Origin: Psammoneis japonica
Lineage: Eukaryota
Length of the DNA stretch: 64,000 nt
Assembly: GCA_008632985.1 (NCBI GenBank)
Contig: QPGO01000016.1
Span: 468,840-532,839, forward strand
Direction of reading: 5' to 3'
Shown here: piece after piece, positions 63,094 to 64,000 of the stretch
Layout: each line of letters opens with the position of its first letter
Position numbering within the stretch: position 1 is the first letter of the stretch
Notes under the pieces: generated by a model
Databases searched by the model: none
What the model was told of the DNA's origin: nothing
Seen by the model: the letters and a program-made list of their open reading frames with translations, nothing else
Translations under genes and position numbers: made by a program

Positions 63094-64000
63094 ATGGGGA
63101 AGAAGTCGAAAAAGAACAGGAAGGCCGCGAAAAGTGTCCGTCCTCCGAGCATACAGGGTAGTGTAGAGAGCTTGGAATTCTGTGTTGGGGATAATGTCAT
63201 GCTCCAGAACCTCAAAAGTTTTGGATACAATGGAAAACGTGGTACTATCTCTTCTTTACCTAAGTCCGAAGATGGTCGCTATGGAGTGCTTGTTGAGGGC
63301 GCCGAGAATCCGGTAGCGGTTCGCCCCCAAAATATCTGTTTTGATGGGGCGACCCTAAGTGGAAAGAGTACACAGCAGATGCGCGAGGAACAAGAGCGGT
63401 TGAGAAAGTATACAGAACCTCCAAAATCGCAAAGCGCAGATGCTGACCAACTTGGTCTGATGCGAATGATGACGAATATGTTGCTGACAGATGAGGCGCA
63501 AATGAAAATCTACGGTCGGAAGATTGATCCAATTCCAAACTTCTTGAATGAAATGAGAGGGGAAAACAAAAGCTTCCCGGCTGGTGTTGATTCCTCCTGG
63601 GCAGAGCAATATCTTCGAATGTCGTTCGAGAATGCAAGCAGCAACCCACACAATTTCGAAGTGTATTTCAAGCGGAAAAACTACGATCCGGAGGCACACG
63701 ATTATCTCAAGAGGCTTGGATCCAACGAACCTGCGAAGCTTGACTGGTATTTTGGAGGAAATGAATTTGGAAGTATTTTTCCACAGCGTGTAGGACACTC
63801 TTATTCTGATACAGTACGTCATAGCTTCAGCAATCAAGCATACCGGCAGGAGAAGCTATGGCTTGGCACGACGCACGTTGCCGTTGGATTCGTGGACCTT
63901 GGGATGCTGTTCGCTGCTGAACTTCTGGACGCGCCAATGGGTCGTGGCGGACCATTGAATTTTGTCGGAATTGAGATGAGTGCTTACGCAGTAGCAAAAT
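63094..64000 (+). CDS. Uncharacterised protein, open to the window end (N-terminal SH3-like segment)
   Basis: Uninterrupted frame from ATG 63094 (MGKKSKK..LQNLKSFGYNGKRG..GRYGV..VRPQNI ... HSFSNQ..GTTHVAVGFVDLG); absent from the ORF track because it has no stop in the window. Confidence 0.85.
   Translation, partial: MGKKSKKNRKAAKSVRPPSIQGSVESLEFCVGDNVMLQNLKSFGYNGKRGTISSLPKSEDGRYGVLVEGAENPVAVRPQNICFDGATLSGKSTQQMREEQERLRKYTEPPKSQSADADQLGLMRMMTNMLLTDEAQMKIYGRKIDPIPNFLNEMRGENKSFPAGVDSSWAEQYLRMSFENASSNPHNFEVYFKRKNYDPEAHDYLKRLGSNEPAKLDWYFGGNEFGSIFPQRVGHSYSDTVRHSFSNQAYRQEKLWLGTTHVAVGFVDLGMLFAAELLDAPMGRGGPLNFVGIEMSAYAVAK

Overview
Eukaryotic nuclear DNA, most likely from a diatom. This rests on short GT-AG introns, bipartite signal+'ASAFAP'-type plastid targeting peptides and a CoDi-like Ty1/copia relic. 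About 22 ordinary genes or gene fragments are present: cyclophilin, G-patch protein, Asp/Asn beta-hydroxylase-like, beta-helix/DNRLRE/FN3 protein, membrane-anchored solute-binding protein, PX-domain protein, amidohydrolase, AKR7-like, SDR, two-pore channel, sulfotransferase, HET-like membrane protein, RED/IK, GDPD, TANGO2/NRDE, FAD monooxygenase and others. They are interrupted by five sharply bounded blocks of transposon/repeat-derived DNA (~4.6-6.2, 8.2-9.65, 23.3-24.85, 36.6-38.4, 41.4-54.15 kb). The most striking signal is that in these blocks the dinucleotide TpA is almost completely erased (none found in 4604-6204) and CpG is strongly but less completely lost, both apparently converted to TpG/CpA. 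Conserved copia motifs show Tyr->Cys and Leu(CTA)->Pro(CCA) changes. This points to a repeat-targeted A->G/T->C hypermutation process at TpA, opposite in direction to fungal RIP and not explained by 5mC deamination. Conversely, several promoters carry TAG/CTA-dense 'TpA islands'. A ~190-bp satellite with an inverted arm lies at 48.7-51.8 kb. Several genes carry single-base deletions that may be assembly errors. All counts were made by eye and family calls come from motif recognition, not database searches.
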